DNA of 64,000 nt from the IMG/VR virus record IMGVR_UViG_3300030035_000024, one strand, 5' to 3'. The notes beneath the pieces were generated by a model. That model saw only the letters and a list, made by a program, of their open reading frames with translations. It searched no databases and was not told the DNA's origin. Each line of letters begins with the position of its first letter. Position 1 is the first letter of the stretch. Source of the DNA: a virus (taxonomy: Duplodnaviria > Heunggongvirae > Uroviricota > Caudoviricetes). The position numbers and the translations under genes are program-made. Positions 54,575-64,000 of the stretch are shown piece after piece.

Positions 54575-54851
54575 TCTTTTCCATCCTTTCTGCTTCTCTC
54601 ACCTGTTTCTTTTCAATCCACTTATTAATTTTCTCATCGGATATCATGTACATTTGCTTTAGCATTTCGATGCAGATCAACACATCTGCAATTTCTTCTA
54701 TCATGTTATCACGGTTGATTTTTCCACGCTTTGCCTTGCTGATTGCTTGGATAAGTTCTGCGCATTCTTCCATGCAGACAGTTGACTGAATTTCTTCTCC
54801 GTAATTGTCAACGCTTCTATCAATAATGCTTTCGTTAATGTTATATGTCAT
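54567..54851 (-). CDS. MazG-like nucleotide pyrophosphohydrolase (94 aa)
   Basis: EECAELIQAI...EEIADVLI, the paired EExxE/EExxD helices. Confidence 0.45.
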   Translation of the reverse strand: MTYNINESIIDRSVDNYGEEIQSTVCMEECAELIQAISKAKRGKINRDNMIEEIADVLICIEMLKQMYMISDEKINKWIEKKQVREAERMEKNE

Positions 54852-55341
54852 TTTCTTTGCTCCAATCTAATTTCTGGCCGCATCTGGTACAGTATTTACT
54901 AACAACGCCTACGCTTTGTTTACAGCTCGGACAATTACCATAAGCACCAACTTTTATTTTTTTACGTTCTCCAAAGTCCATGTACATTTCACTTAAGTTG
55001 TCTACTTCCTTCGGAATCTGCTTTTCAATCGCCTTAATAGCTTCTTGTCTAGTTTCTAAATCAACCATAACTAATCCGTCTGGAAGTTCTGGGTATCTTA
55101 ATTTTTTGATTGTTTCTTGATAATTCTCCTTTACTAATTCAAAATATTCTTCTTTCCATTTCAGAACATTATGAAAATCAAACGAACTATATCCTACGTG
55201 GTAATAATCCTCGCCAACTTTCTTGTATTTTAATTCAAAATATGGCTTGTCATCTACGATTCTAAAAATCTGTTCTAATTCCGTTACAATTTCCTTTTCG
55301 ACTTCAACAGGAATACTTGCTTTTTCCATTTTATTCGCCAT
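54841..55341 (-). CDS. Zinc-ribbon protein (166 aa)
   Basis: C-terminus CPSCKQ...CTRCGQ. Confidence 0.35.
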   Translation of the reverse strand: MANKMEKASIPVEVEKEIVTELEQIFRIVDDKPYFELKYKKVGEDYYHVGYSSFDFHNVLKWKEEYFELVKENYQETIKKLRYPELPDGLVMVDLETRQEAIKAIEKQIPKEVDNLSEMYMDFGERKKIKVGAYGNCPSCKQSVGVVSKYCTRCGQKLDWSKENDI

Positions 55342-55792
55342 TCTTCTTCATCTCCTCCAACTTCTTCTCAGCTTCTTCACGGGTGAGAAATACGGTTTTA
55401 CCAAGTTCACTTACCTCGACATCTGTCGCATTAGTACACCAATCAGTAGGGTCTAAATCTTGTTCTGGGTCTGGACTTCTGTAAGGGAATAACTTTTCAT
55501 CTGTTGCGAGCGTAATGTAGGCTTTTCCGCTTAACGGGTCAATTCCCAATCCACAATGCACGCATTCAATAATTTCATAATCATAAATAAGATAAACGAA
55601 ATCTCCTGATCGTGAATATGCTTCTTTACACGGCAATCTTACAAGCAAGCCCTGTTCTTCTAAGTCTTCATAATCAGCAAGTTTTTCTAAAATCATTCTA
55701 CAATGATGTGAATTCATTTCGCATGGTTCAATTTTTAAGCCCTGATCTTTAAGCCAAATCATCTTATCTGATTTTTGCGTTAATCTCTCCAT
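55331..55792 (-). CDS. Hypothetical (153 aa)
   Basis: ORF-track ORF. Confidence 0.3.
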   Translation of the reverse strand: MERLTQKSDKMIWLKDQGLKIEPCEMNSHHCRMILEKLADYEDLEEQGLLVRLPCKEAYSRSGDFVYLIYDYEIIECVHCGLGIDPLSGKAYITLATDEKLFPYRSPDPEQDLDPTDWCTNATDVEVSELGKTVFLTREEAEKKLEEMKKNGE

Positions 55793-55806
55793 CTACTTCA
55801 CCTCGC

Positions 55807-56241
55807 TTATAATTCTCTACTCCATCTTATTTTTCTTTCCTTAGGCACTCCATTGTCTCTCTTTCTGCTTCCTGTCCAGATTTCTCCTCCTGCTACTCCG
55901 TCATTTTTAAAATTACTCGCTTTAAGGCTTGTTCCAGGTTCAGACTCTAAGGTGTATGTTATTATTTTTTTATATCCCATTGCTTTTCCCGCTCTACAAC
56001 AAGCACCATATAACATACTGCAAGCATTTTTCGTTCCATCTGTACATACTCGATTGATTTCACACGTCAAACCATTATCCAGATATCTACTAACAGGTCT
56101 TCCGCACACGGCAGATCCTATTAGCTTTTCGCCATTATATAAACCGATGCAAAATTTACATCCTACCGTAGCTTTATGGTGTCTGTGATTACGATTTATA
56201 AAATCGCTTGCTTCTCTAAATGTAATCGGTCTTATTTCCAT
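55807..56241 (-). CDS. Cys-rich hypothetical (144 aa)
   Basis: RNHRHH...GCKFC motif. Confidence 0.3.
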   Translation of the reverse strand: MEIRPITFREASDFINRNHRHHKATVGCKFCIGLYNGEKLIGSAVCGRPVSRYLDNGLTCEINRVCTDGTKNACSMLYGACCRAGKAMGYKKIITYTLESEPGTSLKASNFKNDGVAGGEIWTGSRKRDNGVPKERKIRWSREL

Positions 56242-56619
56242 CTACTTCACCTCTTCCATCTGACTTTCTATAGTATCTGCAAGTAACTTCAAGGACTTAA
56301 TAAGCGAGTCAATCAATGTTCTGTCTGGGTTTTTAGCAAATGCTCTGACAAGGTTTATAGCATCTTTGATCTTCTTCTCATCTTCAATTACGTCTGATGC
56401 TTCTACTAATTCATATCCCAGTGTAAGTCTGGCATTTCTTGTTAGTTCTTTATTGCCATAGAACTTTAATATATCCGGGATCTGCTGTTCTTCAAATGGA
56501 TATGGATACGCTTCTTTTCCGCCGTACCATCTATATCCTTGTTCCTTTGCTGCTTTCAGAATATTTTCATACTCTTCATGTGTTATGACTAATACACATT
56601 TATTCGCTAGATCAATCAT
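56242..56619 (-). CDS. Hypothetical (125 aa)
   Basis: ORF-track ORF. Confidence 0.3.
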   Translation of the reverse strand: MIDLANKCVLVITHEEYENILKAAKEQGYRWYGGKEAYPYPFEEQQIPDILKFYGNKELTRNARLTLGYELVEASDVIEDEKKIKDAINLVRAFAKNPDRTLIDSLIKSLKLLADTIESQMEEVK

Positions 56620-56874
56620 CTATTTCACCTCTCCTGTAATCTCAGCCAAGCACTTATCATATCCATCTTTATATCCAAGGTCATAACCGCTTGTAAGTTT
56701 TGGTGTTTTGATTTTGTCTGGTAACGGTCGCATTGGGCACCGCTCAGGTCTATCAGTTGAATTTTCAATTGTTTTACCAGTTATTAAACACTGAAATCTG
56801 TGATAGGTATAGCAAAACATACAGCAACCCTCACAAGATTTTGGCGTATCAATCACTAATACTGATTTACTCAT
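56620..56874 (-). CDS. Cys-rich small protein
   Basis: CEGCCMFC...C. Confidence 0.3.
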   Translation of the reverse strand: MSKSVLVIDTPKSCEGCCMFCYTYHRFQCLITGKTIENSTDRPERCPMRPLPDKIKTPKLTSGYDLGYKDGYDKCLAEITGEVK

Positions 56875-57325
56875 CTGATTCCTCCTGTAATAATTCTTTA
56901 TTGTCGAAAATGTTGCCAACCGGCATAGCGTATACCATGTCAATCCAATACCCTAAATCTTTTCTAAGACATTTGTCTCCCGTCCAATCTACATAGAATC
57001 CGAGATGTTCTGTTTTCTGAGAATCAAAACAATTTTGATAATATCCATATTTGATTGGAGCATAGATTTCTCCGAAATGATATTTGATAATATCATTCTC
57101 CCAAATTTTATTGCCGTATTTATCGTAAAGACCTGTGAACTGGCAGATGGTATCCGGAATAATTTCTATTGATCTCCAAATTGCATTCGTATTAGAAATA
57201 CTTCTCAGTCTCTGCGAATCGGTTTTTTCGGAACTAATCCATGCTCTATTGATAGATGTTATTAAGCTTCCTTCAATCCATTCTCCGTTATCTTTTCTTT
57301 TTCCCTTCAAAAGAATTTCTCTCAT
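56867..57325 (-). CDS. YopX-family protein (152 aa)
   Basis: MREILLKGKRKDNGEWIEGSL matches the characteristic YopX N-terminus. Confidence 0.5.
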   Translation of the reverse strand: MREILLKGKRKDNGEWIEGSLITSINRAWISSEKTDSQRLRSISNTNAIWRSIEIIPDTICQFTGLYDKYGNKIWENDIIKYHFGEIYAPIKYGYYQNCFDSQKTEHLGFYVDWTGDKCLRKDLGYWIDMVYAMPVGNIFDNKELLQEESDE

Positions 57326-57588
57326 TCAATCCCACCGCCTTTCACGATTTCTACCGCCCTGCTTAGTCCAGCATTGTATCCTTGATGTACATCAGATAAG
57401 ATACATTCTGATTCAATGAATTTATCTTTTTTCAATTCGCTAATAACTTTGTCCGAGTCAAAAGCTGTCGGCTGTTCATTGACACAATCAATAAATTCTT
57501 TCTGGTCGGAACTAATACTTGTCCCAATCTCCCAAGTTTTAATGTATTTAATTAATTCGTCCGCATCTATTAAGCGCATTTCTATCAA
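57322..57588 (-). CDS. Hypothetical (88 aa)
   Basis: ORF-track ORF. Confidence 0.3.
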   Translation of the reverse strand: MIEMRLIDADELIKYIKTWEIGTSISSDQKEFIDCVNEQPTAFDSDKVISELKKDKFIESECILSDVHQGYNAGLSRAVEIVKGGGIE

Positions 57589-57902
57589 CCTTCCTCGTCA
57601 AAATCCAGATCACCCCTAATCACATCCGTGTTTACCGCAGATAGAGATTTTACCTTCAAATCATAAAATGGTTTCAACAGTTCCGAACCAGCGTTAAATT
57701 CATCGTAATCTTCCCAATTTCTTCCTGGATGACATATTTGAATTTTTTTACAGCTTTCGGCATCCATTCCGATTGCCACCGCTAAATCAATCAGTCTCAT
57801 AATCCTCACACTCCTCCGCATATTCATAACTGTCCATATCATCACATTTGTACTGGCAGGAATCCTGCTTCTCACAGCAGATGCAGCACTTTGTTTCACC
57901 AT
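57585..57902 (-). CDS. Hypothetical (105 aa)
   Basis: ORF-track ORF. Confidence 0.3.
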   Translation of the reverse strand: MVKQSAASAVRSRIPASTNVMIWTVMNMRRSVRIMRLIDLAVAIGMDAESCKKIQICHPGRNWEDYDEFNAGSELLKPFYDLKVKSLSAVNTDVIRGDLDFDEEG

Positions 57903-57916
57903 CCGGGCAGTCTAAT

Positions 57917-58300
57917 TTACATTTTCCCATTAATCCAGTCTCCTTCTTTTTCAAAATAAAATCTCACTGGTTCATCAGAATATTTCAATATTCCAAATCT
58001 AGCCCCGACTTGAAATGGGATGCTATCTCTCTTTAACCTTGCTGGAATCTGATGTACATATTCTCTGAACTGTTCTAAATCAAGAGCGGCTTTGTAATGA
58101 TTGCAGCTTCTACATGCTGGAAGCATATTCGAAATGTCATCGTTCCCACCTACTCTTAGTGGAATTACATGGTCTACTTGCATATCTTTATAGTCAAGCA
58201 AGCATCCACAATATGCACAATGTCCATGACATTTCTTGTACACTTGTTCTCTCACAGATTTGGAAATTCTTTTCCTTTTCGTCTCATTTGTCATTGTCAA
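57917..58300 (-). CDS. HNH endonuclease (127 aa)
   Basis: CHGHCAYCGC...DHVIPLRVGGNDDISNMLPACRSCNHYK. Confidence 0.75.
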   Translation of the reverse strand: MTMTNETKRKRISKSVREQVYKKCHGHCAYCGCLLDYKDMQVDHVIPLRVGGNDDISNMLPACRSCNHYKAALDLEQFREYVHQIPARLKRDSIPFQVGARFGILKYSDEPVRFYFEKEGDWINGKM

Positions 58301-58689
58301 TCCTCCTTATATGGTTTTGGTAGTGGTCGCCATGCCATAATATCAATCCAATCATAACCGCCGTCGAGATAATATCCGTCACAATCAATAAAGCTTGTAT
58401 CCTGCCATGTTGTTTCTCCGTTAGTAACCAATATTTCTTGTCCGTCATCTGGCATTTTGCAGTCAAGCATATACCGTATATCATTTGATATGGATTCTTC
58501 CGCACGTTCTTTTTCTGATATCTGATGATATTTTACCGGAATCCAACCATTTTCTTTCTCGTCCTGTTCAAAATCATTTAGAAGAGTATTCACAATATCC
58601 AGCGCACTCCCTGGAAGCCCATGCTTATACTGTGATTTTTTTTCTATCTCAGCTTTGTATTGTTCTAATCTGGTTCGTACTCTGCTCAT
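58297..58689 (-). CDS. Hypothetical (130 aa)
   Basis: ORF-track ORF. Confidence 0.3.
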   Translation of the reverse strand: MSRVRTRLEQYKAEIEKKSQYKHGLPGSALDIVNTLLNDFEQDEKENGWIPVKYHQISEKERAEESISNDIRYMLDCKMPDDGQEILVTNGETTWQDTSFIDCDGYYLDGGYDWIDIMAWRPLPKPYKED

Positions 58690-58904
58690 ACAACCACCTC
58701 TTCAAAATGCTCATTTAGTATTTCTTGTGATATCTCAATCCATCTGTTAACATTTACTCCGTCAAGATGGATTTCTCCATCAATAATTTTTTCATTTCCT
58801 ACTTCGTAAACTTCGCCAACCTCAATTTCCATGTATCCGTCAACGTAAAATCCATCACCATCGTATGTATCTAACGTGAACGCTTTCACGCATTTATACT
58901 TCAT
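58686..58904 (-). CDS. Hypothetical (72 aa)
   Basis: ORF-track ORF. Confidence 0.25.
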   Translation of the reverse strand: MKYKCVKAFTLDTYDGDGFYVDGYMEIEVGEVYEVGNEKIIDGEIHLDGVNVNRWIEISQEILNEHFEEVVV

Positions 58905-59260
58905 GCTTCCACCTCGCTATCCTCTGGCATCTGGAACGTCATTCCATTTTTGAGCATTTCTCCAAGTTCTCCCGCATGTGCTTTGTTTTCTTCCGTTTTT
59001 GGCTTCATACTTAATATCCTACATACTTCTGGAATTACATATCTTGTGTATTCCGAATCTCCATAGGCTTCCTGAATCATATTCAGTACCTTCATGGCTT
59101 TTTCTTTGGTGGAATATTTTCCTAAAATAAAATATCCTCCACTTCTCTGTGCATCCTGCAAACTCCAACATATAACATTCAATGAATCTGGGAGTTTTAG
59201 ATTAACTACAATGTTTTCAAACTTTACCAGCGCTGTTTTATCCTGACTTCTGACTAACAT
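58901..59260 (-). CDS. Hypothetical (119 aa)
   Basis: ORF-track ORF. Confidence 0.3.
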   Translation of the reverse strand: MLVRSQDKTALVKFENIVVNLKLPDSLNVICWSLQDAQRSGGYFILGKYSTKEKAMKVLNMIQEAYGDSEYTRYVIPEVCRILSMKPKTEENKAHAGELGEMLKNGMTFQMPEDSEVEA

Positions 59261-59430
59261 TTTGTGTCCTCCTTATCTTTCTCGCAGAATCCTCTGTGTT
59301 CATGCACTGAATACTCGATTCCGCAACTCTGTTTCATGTATGTGAGTTTTTCTCCTGTCAGTTCGCATTTATGTTTTCTTTCGTTCAGATGCTTACAGGT
59401 CCCGTCACAGTAGCTCATTTTTCGCCCTCC

Positions 59431-59994
59431 TTATTCGATAAAATTTGTTCCGCACTGGAAATGATAACTAATGTGTCCGTTATACTTACTTACATTTGCC
59501 ATTACCTTTCTACCGCATGAAAAACACGTTACCTCTTTTGTCAGCGGCTTTTCGTATTCTTCTACTTCTTTATCTTGAATAAACCTCTGACCGCACCAGT
59601 GGCACTGCTTAGTGCTGTACGGCATCTCTCCACAAATAGGACATTCTGGAATTATTCCGTAACCATCATTTATGATTGGGAGTTTTATCGGCTCTCGCTT
59701 TGAATAGATATTCCAGAGTTCTTTTCTGCGGTTTTCTCCGTCTTGCTCTATTAAAGCCTTGTACTTCTCTTCCTCTTCTTTGTCCCAGTAAATGACACAG
59801 GCTTTGTCTTCTGGTGAAATGTCTTTGGTGTACGGCTGTGTCGTGCAATGATAGCCTGTTTCGCCCTTCCTTTTTCTTGACTGACATCTCATGCAGCCAC
59901 CGCATTTTTTATCCATCAATTCTTCTGGATAAATGCTTGTGCTGGAACGTCTTTCTCTTTCTGGCATTCCGTCACTGAATTTAATTTCACTCAT
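59431..59994 (-). CDS. Multi-zinc-finger protein (187 aa)
   Basis: Several CxxC pairs. Confidence 0.35.
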   Translation of the reverse strand: MSEIKFSDGMPERERRSSTSIYPEELMDKKCGGCMRCQSRKRKGETGYHCTTQPYTKDISPEDKACVIYWDKEEEEKYKALIEQDGENRRKELWNIYSKREPIKLPIINDGYGIIPECPICGEMPYSTKQCHWCGQRFIQDKEVEEYEKPLTKEVTCFSCGRKVMANVSKYNGHISYHFQCGTNFIE

Positions 59995-60188
59995 TATTTA
60001 CCCTCCTTTTTCAACATCGGAAATAGCCATCCGGTCTTTTCGTTCAATGCAATCCAATAAAAATTTAGCTCTGATAATTGGTACTCTTTATTGCATCTTT
60101 CACAGGTGAATCCTTTCGTTTTACTGTATTGCCCTATAATTCCACCGCATCCACATCTACAGTGTTTATAATCTATTTCCATCCTCAC
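59994..60188 (-). CDS. Small Cys-rich protein (64 aa)
   Basis: CRCGCGG...CERC. Confidence 0.25.
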   Translation of the reverse strand: MRMEIDYKHCRCGCGGIIGQYSKTKGFTCERCNKEYQLSELNFYWIALNEKTGWLFPMLKKEGK

Positions 60189-60575
60189 TTACGCTCCAAA
60201 TCTTCTGACCAATTCTTTATTCAAAACTGGAATCCGTACATCTGTTTCAGATTCCAACTCTTCAACCATGCTCATAAAACTTCTTTCTCCACGGTTCGCT
60301 TGTCCCACAAACTCATTTGCACAATTGATTACGTCTAAAAGCCTTTTGGTTGAAAATCCATGCAGTTTTCTTAATGCCAGCATCATAGTTACGGAATTGA
60401 TCGTATTCGCCCAGTCATCACCAGCATTGAATCCATCGTTATAGGCTTGATCTTGCATGATTTCCAACTCTTTACGTGAATTTTGCATGGCTCTGGCGAA
60501 TGCCTGTGACATTTGGTTATCGCATTCCAACACCCTATTTTTCTTTGGTGCTTTCATCTTTAATTTGCTTCCCAT
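60189..60575 (-). CDS. Hypothetical (128 aa)
   Basis: ORF-track ORF. Confidence 0.3.
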   Translation of the reverse strand: MGSKLKMKAPKKNRVLECDNQMSQAFARAMQNSRKELEIMQDQAYNDGFNAGDDWANTINSVTMMLALRKLHGFSTKRLLDVINCANEFVGQANRGERSFMSMVEELESETDVRIPVLNKELVRRFGA

Positions 60576-60834
60576 ATTTTTTCCTTTCGTATCTGTATTC
60601 CGTCAAACGGTATGCTCTTGATACTCCCGGATGTTCTGTGGCAATCAGAGAATCCATCTCCAATTGCCGCATATGTCTCTGTACGGTACACTTTGTGAGG
60701 TCTGTTCCATCCATGATTTCTTCATAAGAAGGCATATATCCGTGTTTCTCAAAATACTTGACAAGAAATCCGTAAATATCATTTCTAGCAGATTTCCCCT
60801 CATTATATTTCCTCTGACGGTAATTCATAGGCAA
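60535..60834 (-). CDS. LexA-N-like winged-helix DNA-binding protein (99 aa)
   Basis: IYGFLVKYFEKHGYMPSYEEIMDGTDLTKCTVQRHMRQLEMDSLI. Confidence 0.4.
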   Translation of the reverse strand: MPMNYRQRKYNEGKSARNDIYGFLVKYFEKHGYMPSYEEIMDGTDLTKCTVQRHMRQLEMDSLIATEHPGVSRAYRLTEYRYERKKYGKQIKDESTKEK

Positions 60835-61142
60835 AACGGATTTTCTTCCGCAGTATTGCTTTTTTCTGCACGCATTTTATTTAATCTTTCCGCAGCTTTC
60901 TTTTTCGCTTCATCGGAATATTTCCTTGGTGGATTGATTTTAATGTAGGAATACGGTAAGTGGGCGAAAATAGATCCATCATTATTTCTGGCAAGAATTT
61001 TCACATCGTCTGGAAATTCCTTTTCTAATTCCTCACATCTATTCTTCCAGGTGCTCCCATTCTTAGCAGTAAGCCCTACATAATCTCTTCCGGGAATCCA
61101 CTCAATTACGCATTCGTTTGTGTTTTCTGACACAAAACTCAC
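60825..61142 (-). CDS. Hypothetical (105 aa)
   Basis: ORF-track ORF. Confidence 0.3.
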   Translation of the reverse strand: MSFVSENTNECVIEWIPGRDYVGLTAKNGSTWKNRCEELEKEFPDDVKILARNNDGSIFAHLPYSYIKINPPRKYSDEAKKKAAERLNKMRAEKSNTAEENPFCL

Positions 61143-61206
61143 CTCTATTCATTTTTTTATTTTTTATCTTTGGAATTTAGCCAGTAGAACTACTGGTGTG
61201 TTAGAA

Positions 61207-61797
61207 TCAGTGATAGTTTTCTTCATTGAGTAAGTCGTTGAATTTTTCCAACGCCTTAATAGATACTTTGTTATTTGCTTTTTCTGGTCTGATTGATACG
61301 TTTAAGTGAGTATCAATAATGTGCTTCAACTCTCTTGCAAGTGTTTTCTTGCCTTGTTGAAGTCCATCTCTATAACCTTTTGCTGGGCGAAATTCATTTA
61401 TTTTTTCTTTTCCTTCTCCTTGGCTCCCAGAGGTTTTATTGTATCTGCATTGATATCCTTTTTTGGTATACTCTAATATCCAGAACTGTTCCATTTTATC
61501 AAGCTGTTCGACAGGATAATGGATAAAATTTATTTTCCACCCAAAAGGATTTTCTTCGCTGTAAAATCCTCTTTTCTTAATTGATAGGTCTATGTGCTGA
61601 TACCCGGTAAGATGAGAACACATCCGTTGAATTATATGTACTGCTTGCCCTATATAAAAGTATGGGATTTCGTTTTCATCGGTTCTGGTTAAAAAATATA
61701 TTCCGCTCCCATCGTCAAGTTTCGGATTGATTTTTAGAAGCCTTTTTCGGTTCGTTGCTTCAATAGCTTTTGCCTGTCTAAGTTTTTTATAATCCAA
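61207..61797 (-). CDS. GIY-YIG homing endonuclease (196 aa)
   Basis: GIYFLTRTDENEIPYFYIGQAVHIIQR, an explicit GIY-10-YIG motif. Confidence 0.65.
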   Translation of the reverse strand: MDYKKLRQAKAIEATNRKRLLKINPKLDDGSGIYFLTRTDENEIPYFYIGQAVHIIQRMCSHLTGYQHIDLSIKKRGFYSEENPFGWKINFIHYPVEQLDKMEQFWILEYTKKGYQCRYNKTSGSQGEGKEKINEFRPAKGYRDGLQQGKKTLARELKHIIDTHLNVSIRPEKANNKVSIKALEKFNDLLNEENYH

Positions 61798-61803
61798 CCG
61801 GAA

Positions 61804-62229
61804 TCACCCTTTTTCAATCTGGTCAATGAGTTTCTTGCATTCATCTTTAACATAGGCAAGTGAACGAATTTTGCAATCTGGATCTTTATTTAATTCTCGC
61901 CAGCAATCTCCCATTATTTTAAACATTTTTTTGAAGTCTGGTTCTTCCCCGAAATACTGTTCTGCTGTCTCAATATCATAACCATCGAAACAATGAGCAC
62001 AGTCAAATCCAATCCACCATGTATCATCATCGTCACAATCGTGTAGAAATGGTTCTGAATAAGTAACTCCACCATGGCAGTCAAGATAATATAAATCATC
62101 AACACTTTTCTTTGCTAGCTTATGGCTGTTAGGTATTCCAACGTATCCGCATCTGTATGCTCCCGGCATGAACAGGACTACACATTGGTAACCTTTATAC
62201 TCGAATTTAGTTTCTAAAACTGGTTTCAT
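61804..62229 (-). CDS. Hypothetical Cys/His-rich (141 aa)
   Basis: ORF-track ORF. Confidence 0.3.
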   Translation of the reverse strand: MKPVLETKFEYKGYQCVVLFMPGAYRCGYVGIPNSHKLAKKSVDDLYYLDCHGGVTYSEPFLHDCDDDDTWWIGFDCAHCFDGYDIETAEQYFGEEPDFKKMFKIMGDCWRELNKDPDCKIRSLAYVKDECKKLIDQIEKG

Positions 62230-62246
62230 TTATTTATCACTCCTCC

Positions 62247-62672
62247 CTAACTAAACGGAAATTCATCTTCCATACCGCCTAAATCTGGCACATCCATGAA
62301 ACTAGGTTCTGGTGGCGGTACTGGTCGTGTGTCTGTTTCCTGTGTTTGTGGTGACTGGCTCTTTCTTTCTGCAAATTCATGTTCTGCAACAAGGCAATCA
62401 TTTGAGTAAACTTTTTCGCCATTTTTGTTAGTATAATTTCCAGTCTGCCATTCTCCACGCACATTTACTTTCGTGCCTTTTTTAAGATATTTTTCTGCGA
62501 ATTCTGCATTTTTCCCAAGGCATACGCAAGTGATAAAGTCAGATTTTCTTTCTGTATTCTTTTTCACTCTTCTCTCGACAGCCAAAATATATCTTGCGAT
62601 TTTGGTGTCATTCGTTCCCATTCTGATATCTGGATCGGCAGTTAATCTTCCAGAAAGAATAACAATATTCAC
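62247..62672 (-). CDS. ssb: Single-stranded DNA-binding protein (141 aa)
   Basis: MNIVILSGRLTADPDIR...TKIARYILAV OB-fold pattern. Acidic C-terminal tail ending DEFPFS. Confidence 0.8.
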   Translation of the reverse strand: MNIVILSGRLTADPDIRMGTNDTKIARYILAVERRVKKNTERKSDFITCVCLGKNAEFAEKYLKKGTKVNVRGEWQTGNYTNKNGEKVYSNDCLVAEHEFAERKSQSPQTQETDTRPVPPPEPSFMDVPDLGGMEDEFPFS

Positions 62673-62678
62673 AATTTA

Positions 62679-62960
62679 TCACCTCTCAATCTGAATGTCG
62701 CACCTGATAAGTGCGTGTTTAATTTTCTTTGCATTCCCTGTTACGATTTCTTCTTTCCCGATAACAAAGGAAATATCATCTTTTGTTACATTGAATCCTT
62801 TTGTTTTTATATGCTCCATGATGATTTCTTTAATTTCATCTGCACAAATTCCGATTGTAATTTCCAATGGTGTTATCTCCCTGGCTTGTAAACTGGTGGC
62901 ATTGGTTGCCATGCAATGACTGGGTAATATGCAATTCCGTGTTCTTCTACCATGCCCCAT
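62679..62960 (-). CDS. Hypothetical (93 aa)
   Basis: ORF-track ORF. Confidence 0.25.
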   Translation of the reverse strand: MGHGRRTRNCILPSHCMATNATSLQAREITPLEITIGICADEIKEIIMEHIKTKGFNVTKDDISFVIGKEEIVTGNAKKIKHALIRCDIQIER

Positions 62961-63229
62961 CTTCCACCGCCTAAATATGTAAGGGTTGTTGGTAACTCGG
63001 CGTCTTTTATGGTAACGTTGTATTTTATCTTATCTTCTGGGCTTTCTCTCACATCTGGCTCTGGCGGTAACTTCACTTCTGTTGGAATCCACATATCCGC
63101 AGGACTGTAGGAACAAATCAGTTCTTCAACTTTCTCGATTGCATCATTCCATCCTTTATCGTACTTACATTCTTGTTCGGAAGGTTCTGGCTTTTTCAGT
63201 TTGTCAAGTGTTTTTAAGAAGATTTTCAT
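62873..63229 (-). CDS. Hypothetical (118 aa)
   Basis: ORF-track ORF. Confidence 0.3.
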   Translation of the reverse strand: MKIFLKTLDKLKKPEPSEQECKYDKGWNDAIEKVEELICSYSPADMWIPTEVKLPPEPDVRESPEDKIKYNVTIKDAELPTTLTYLGGGRWGMVEEHGIAYYPVIAWQPMPPVYKPGR

Positions 63230-63232
63230 TGA

Positions 63233-63562
63233 TTAATCCTCCTTGACTTTCTCAATAGTTTCTTTTATTGCTTCTTTCACAGCCTTGGTTTTAATCATCT
63301 TATCTGCCAAGGCTTTTGCCGCTTCCTGTACGATCACGTTTTTATTCTCTTCTAGTATCTCGGAAATATGAGAATGTATCATCCTACACAACGGCTCATT
63401 GGTTTCTCTACTACCATATAACTCTTTTTTATAAATAACTCCTTTGATTTCTTTGGTAATTTTTTCAACTACCTTGTCCTCAACATTTTTACGGATTTCC
63501 TTTGCAATTTCTTCCTCATTGACACCAATCGTTACTGGTACGCTGAATACGCTCATTTTCAA
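63233..63562 (-). CDS. Hypothetical (109 aa)
   Basis: ORF-track ORF. Confidence 0.3.
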   Translation of the reverse strand: MKMSVFSVPVTIGVNEEEIAKEIRKNVEDKVVEKITKEIKGVIYKKELYGSRETNEPLCRMIHSHISEILEENKNVIVQEAAKALADKMIKTKAVKEAIKETIEKVKED

Positions 63563-63936
63563 TTTCCCTCCCCTATAGCTATCACATCACATCCAATAAA
63601 TACCAATTCCTCATGTTCACTAATTCCATAGCCGACAGATCTTCTTCCTACTTTAAAAAATACATTATTTGTATTAACCGTAACTCCTTCAGTTTTTTCC
63701 ATATAATCAGAAACAATAGCTTTCAAAATATCTTCATTTAAGAAAGCCTTTCTTTCGACTATTTGATGTTCTTTTGGCATATATTCAAGCCATGTCTCTA
63801 TACCTTTGTATTCTTTTCCTTCTGTGTCAGTCCATTCGCCATTTCCAGTATATGCAAGCATGATGATTCTTTCAGAGTTTTTCAGCTTTACATAATACAA
63901 ACATGCGGTATCATCAGTTGGAGCTTCTGGAAGCAT
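63559..63936 (-). CDS. Hypothetical (125 aa)
   Basis: ORF-track ORF. Confidence 0.3.
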   Translation of the reverse strand: MLPEAPTDDTACLYYVKLKNSERIIMLAYTGNGEWTDTEGKEYKGIETWLEYMPKEHQIVERKAFLNEDILKAIVSDYMEKTEGVTVNTNNVFFKVGRRSVGYGISEHEELVFIGCDVIAIGEGN

Positions 63937-64000
63937 ATCTCTTACTGAGCGCCATGCACTAGTTGAAGGAATTGTTTTTCCTGCTTTACGGTCTACATGC

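Overview
This 64-kb AT-rich window reads as one tailed temperate phage or prophage genome of a low-GC Firmicute. The host looks Clostridia-like: AGGAGG-type ribosome-binding sites, an XhlA-like gene, and sporulation-flavoured morons. Almost every gene is on the minus strand, transcribed from high to low coordinates.

Module order, right to left:
- 64.0-51.3 kb: early/replication genes (SSB, GIY-YIG and HNH homing endonucleases, YopX, LexA-like wHTH, MazG-like, DUF4317-like, DnaD-like replisome organizer).
- 51.2-49.5 kb: large serine recombinase.
- 49.5-38.6 kb: lysogeny/accessory region. It holds a DUF4417-like gene, a ~1-kb noncoding stretch with a consensus sigma70 promoter, TATAGCC-type iterons and a GC-rich island, a plus-strand J-domain gene block, an XRE switch region, an sRNA candidate, a second GC-rich structured island, a Bro-N/KilAC antirepressor, a small serine invertase/resolvase, and tandem DUF2829.
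- 38.4-35.7 kb: tRNA cluster (Gln-TTG and two CAT tRNAs) plus two abutting aberrant tRNA-like RNAs and one further odd tRNA flanking a vWA/TROVE-like gene.
- 35.6-31.5 kb: many small genes and an SPFH/band-7 protein.
- 31.4-24.9 kb: head and packaging module (terminase L, ArpU-like regulator, portal, scaffold, major capsid, gp6-like connector).
- 24.9-21.0 kb: moron island (XhlA-like, sigma-70 region-4-only protein, Q/P-, Gly- and Tyr/Arg-rich spore-coat-like proteins, HExxH peptidase).
- 20.7-10.2 kb: tail module (766-aa beta-helix fiber/spike, major tail protein, G/GT chaperone pair with a programmed -1 frameshift, 1646-aa tape measure).
- 10.2-2.2 kb: an unusual ~8-kb accessory island sitting between the tape measure and the Dit/Tal-like distal tail genes (two HNH, GIY-YIG-like, RepA_N-like, Rha, RHH, membrane and secreted Big_2 proteins).
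- 0-1.8 kb: the Tal-like gene, running off the left edge.

No CRISPR array, rRNA or endolysin was found. Family names are from motif-level reading of the translations; no database search was run.
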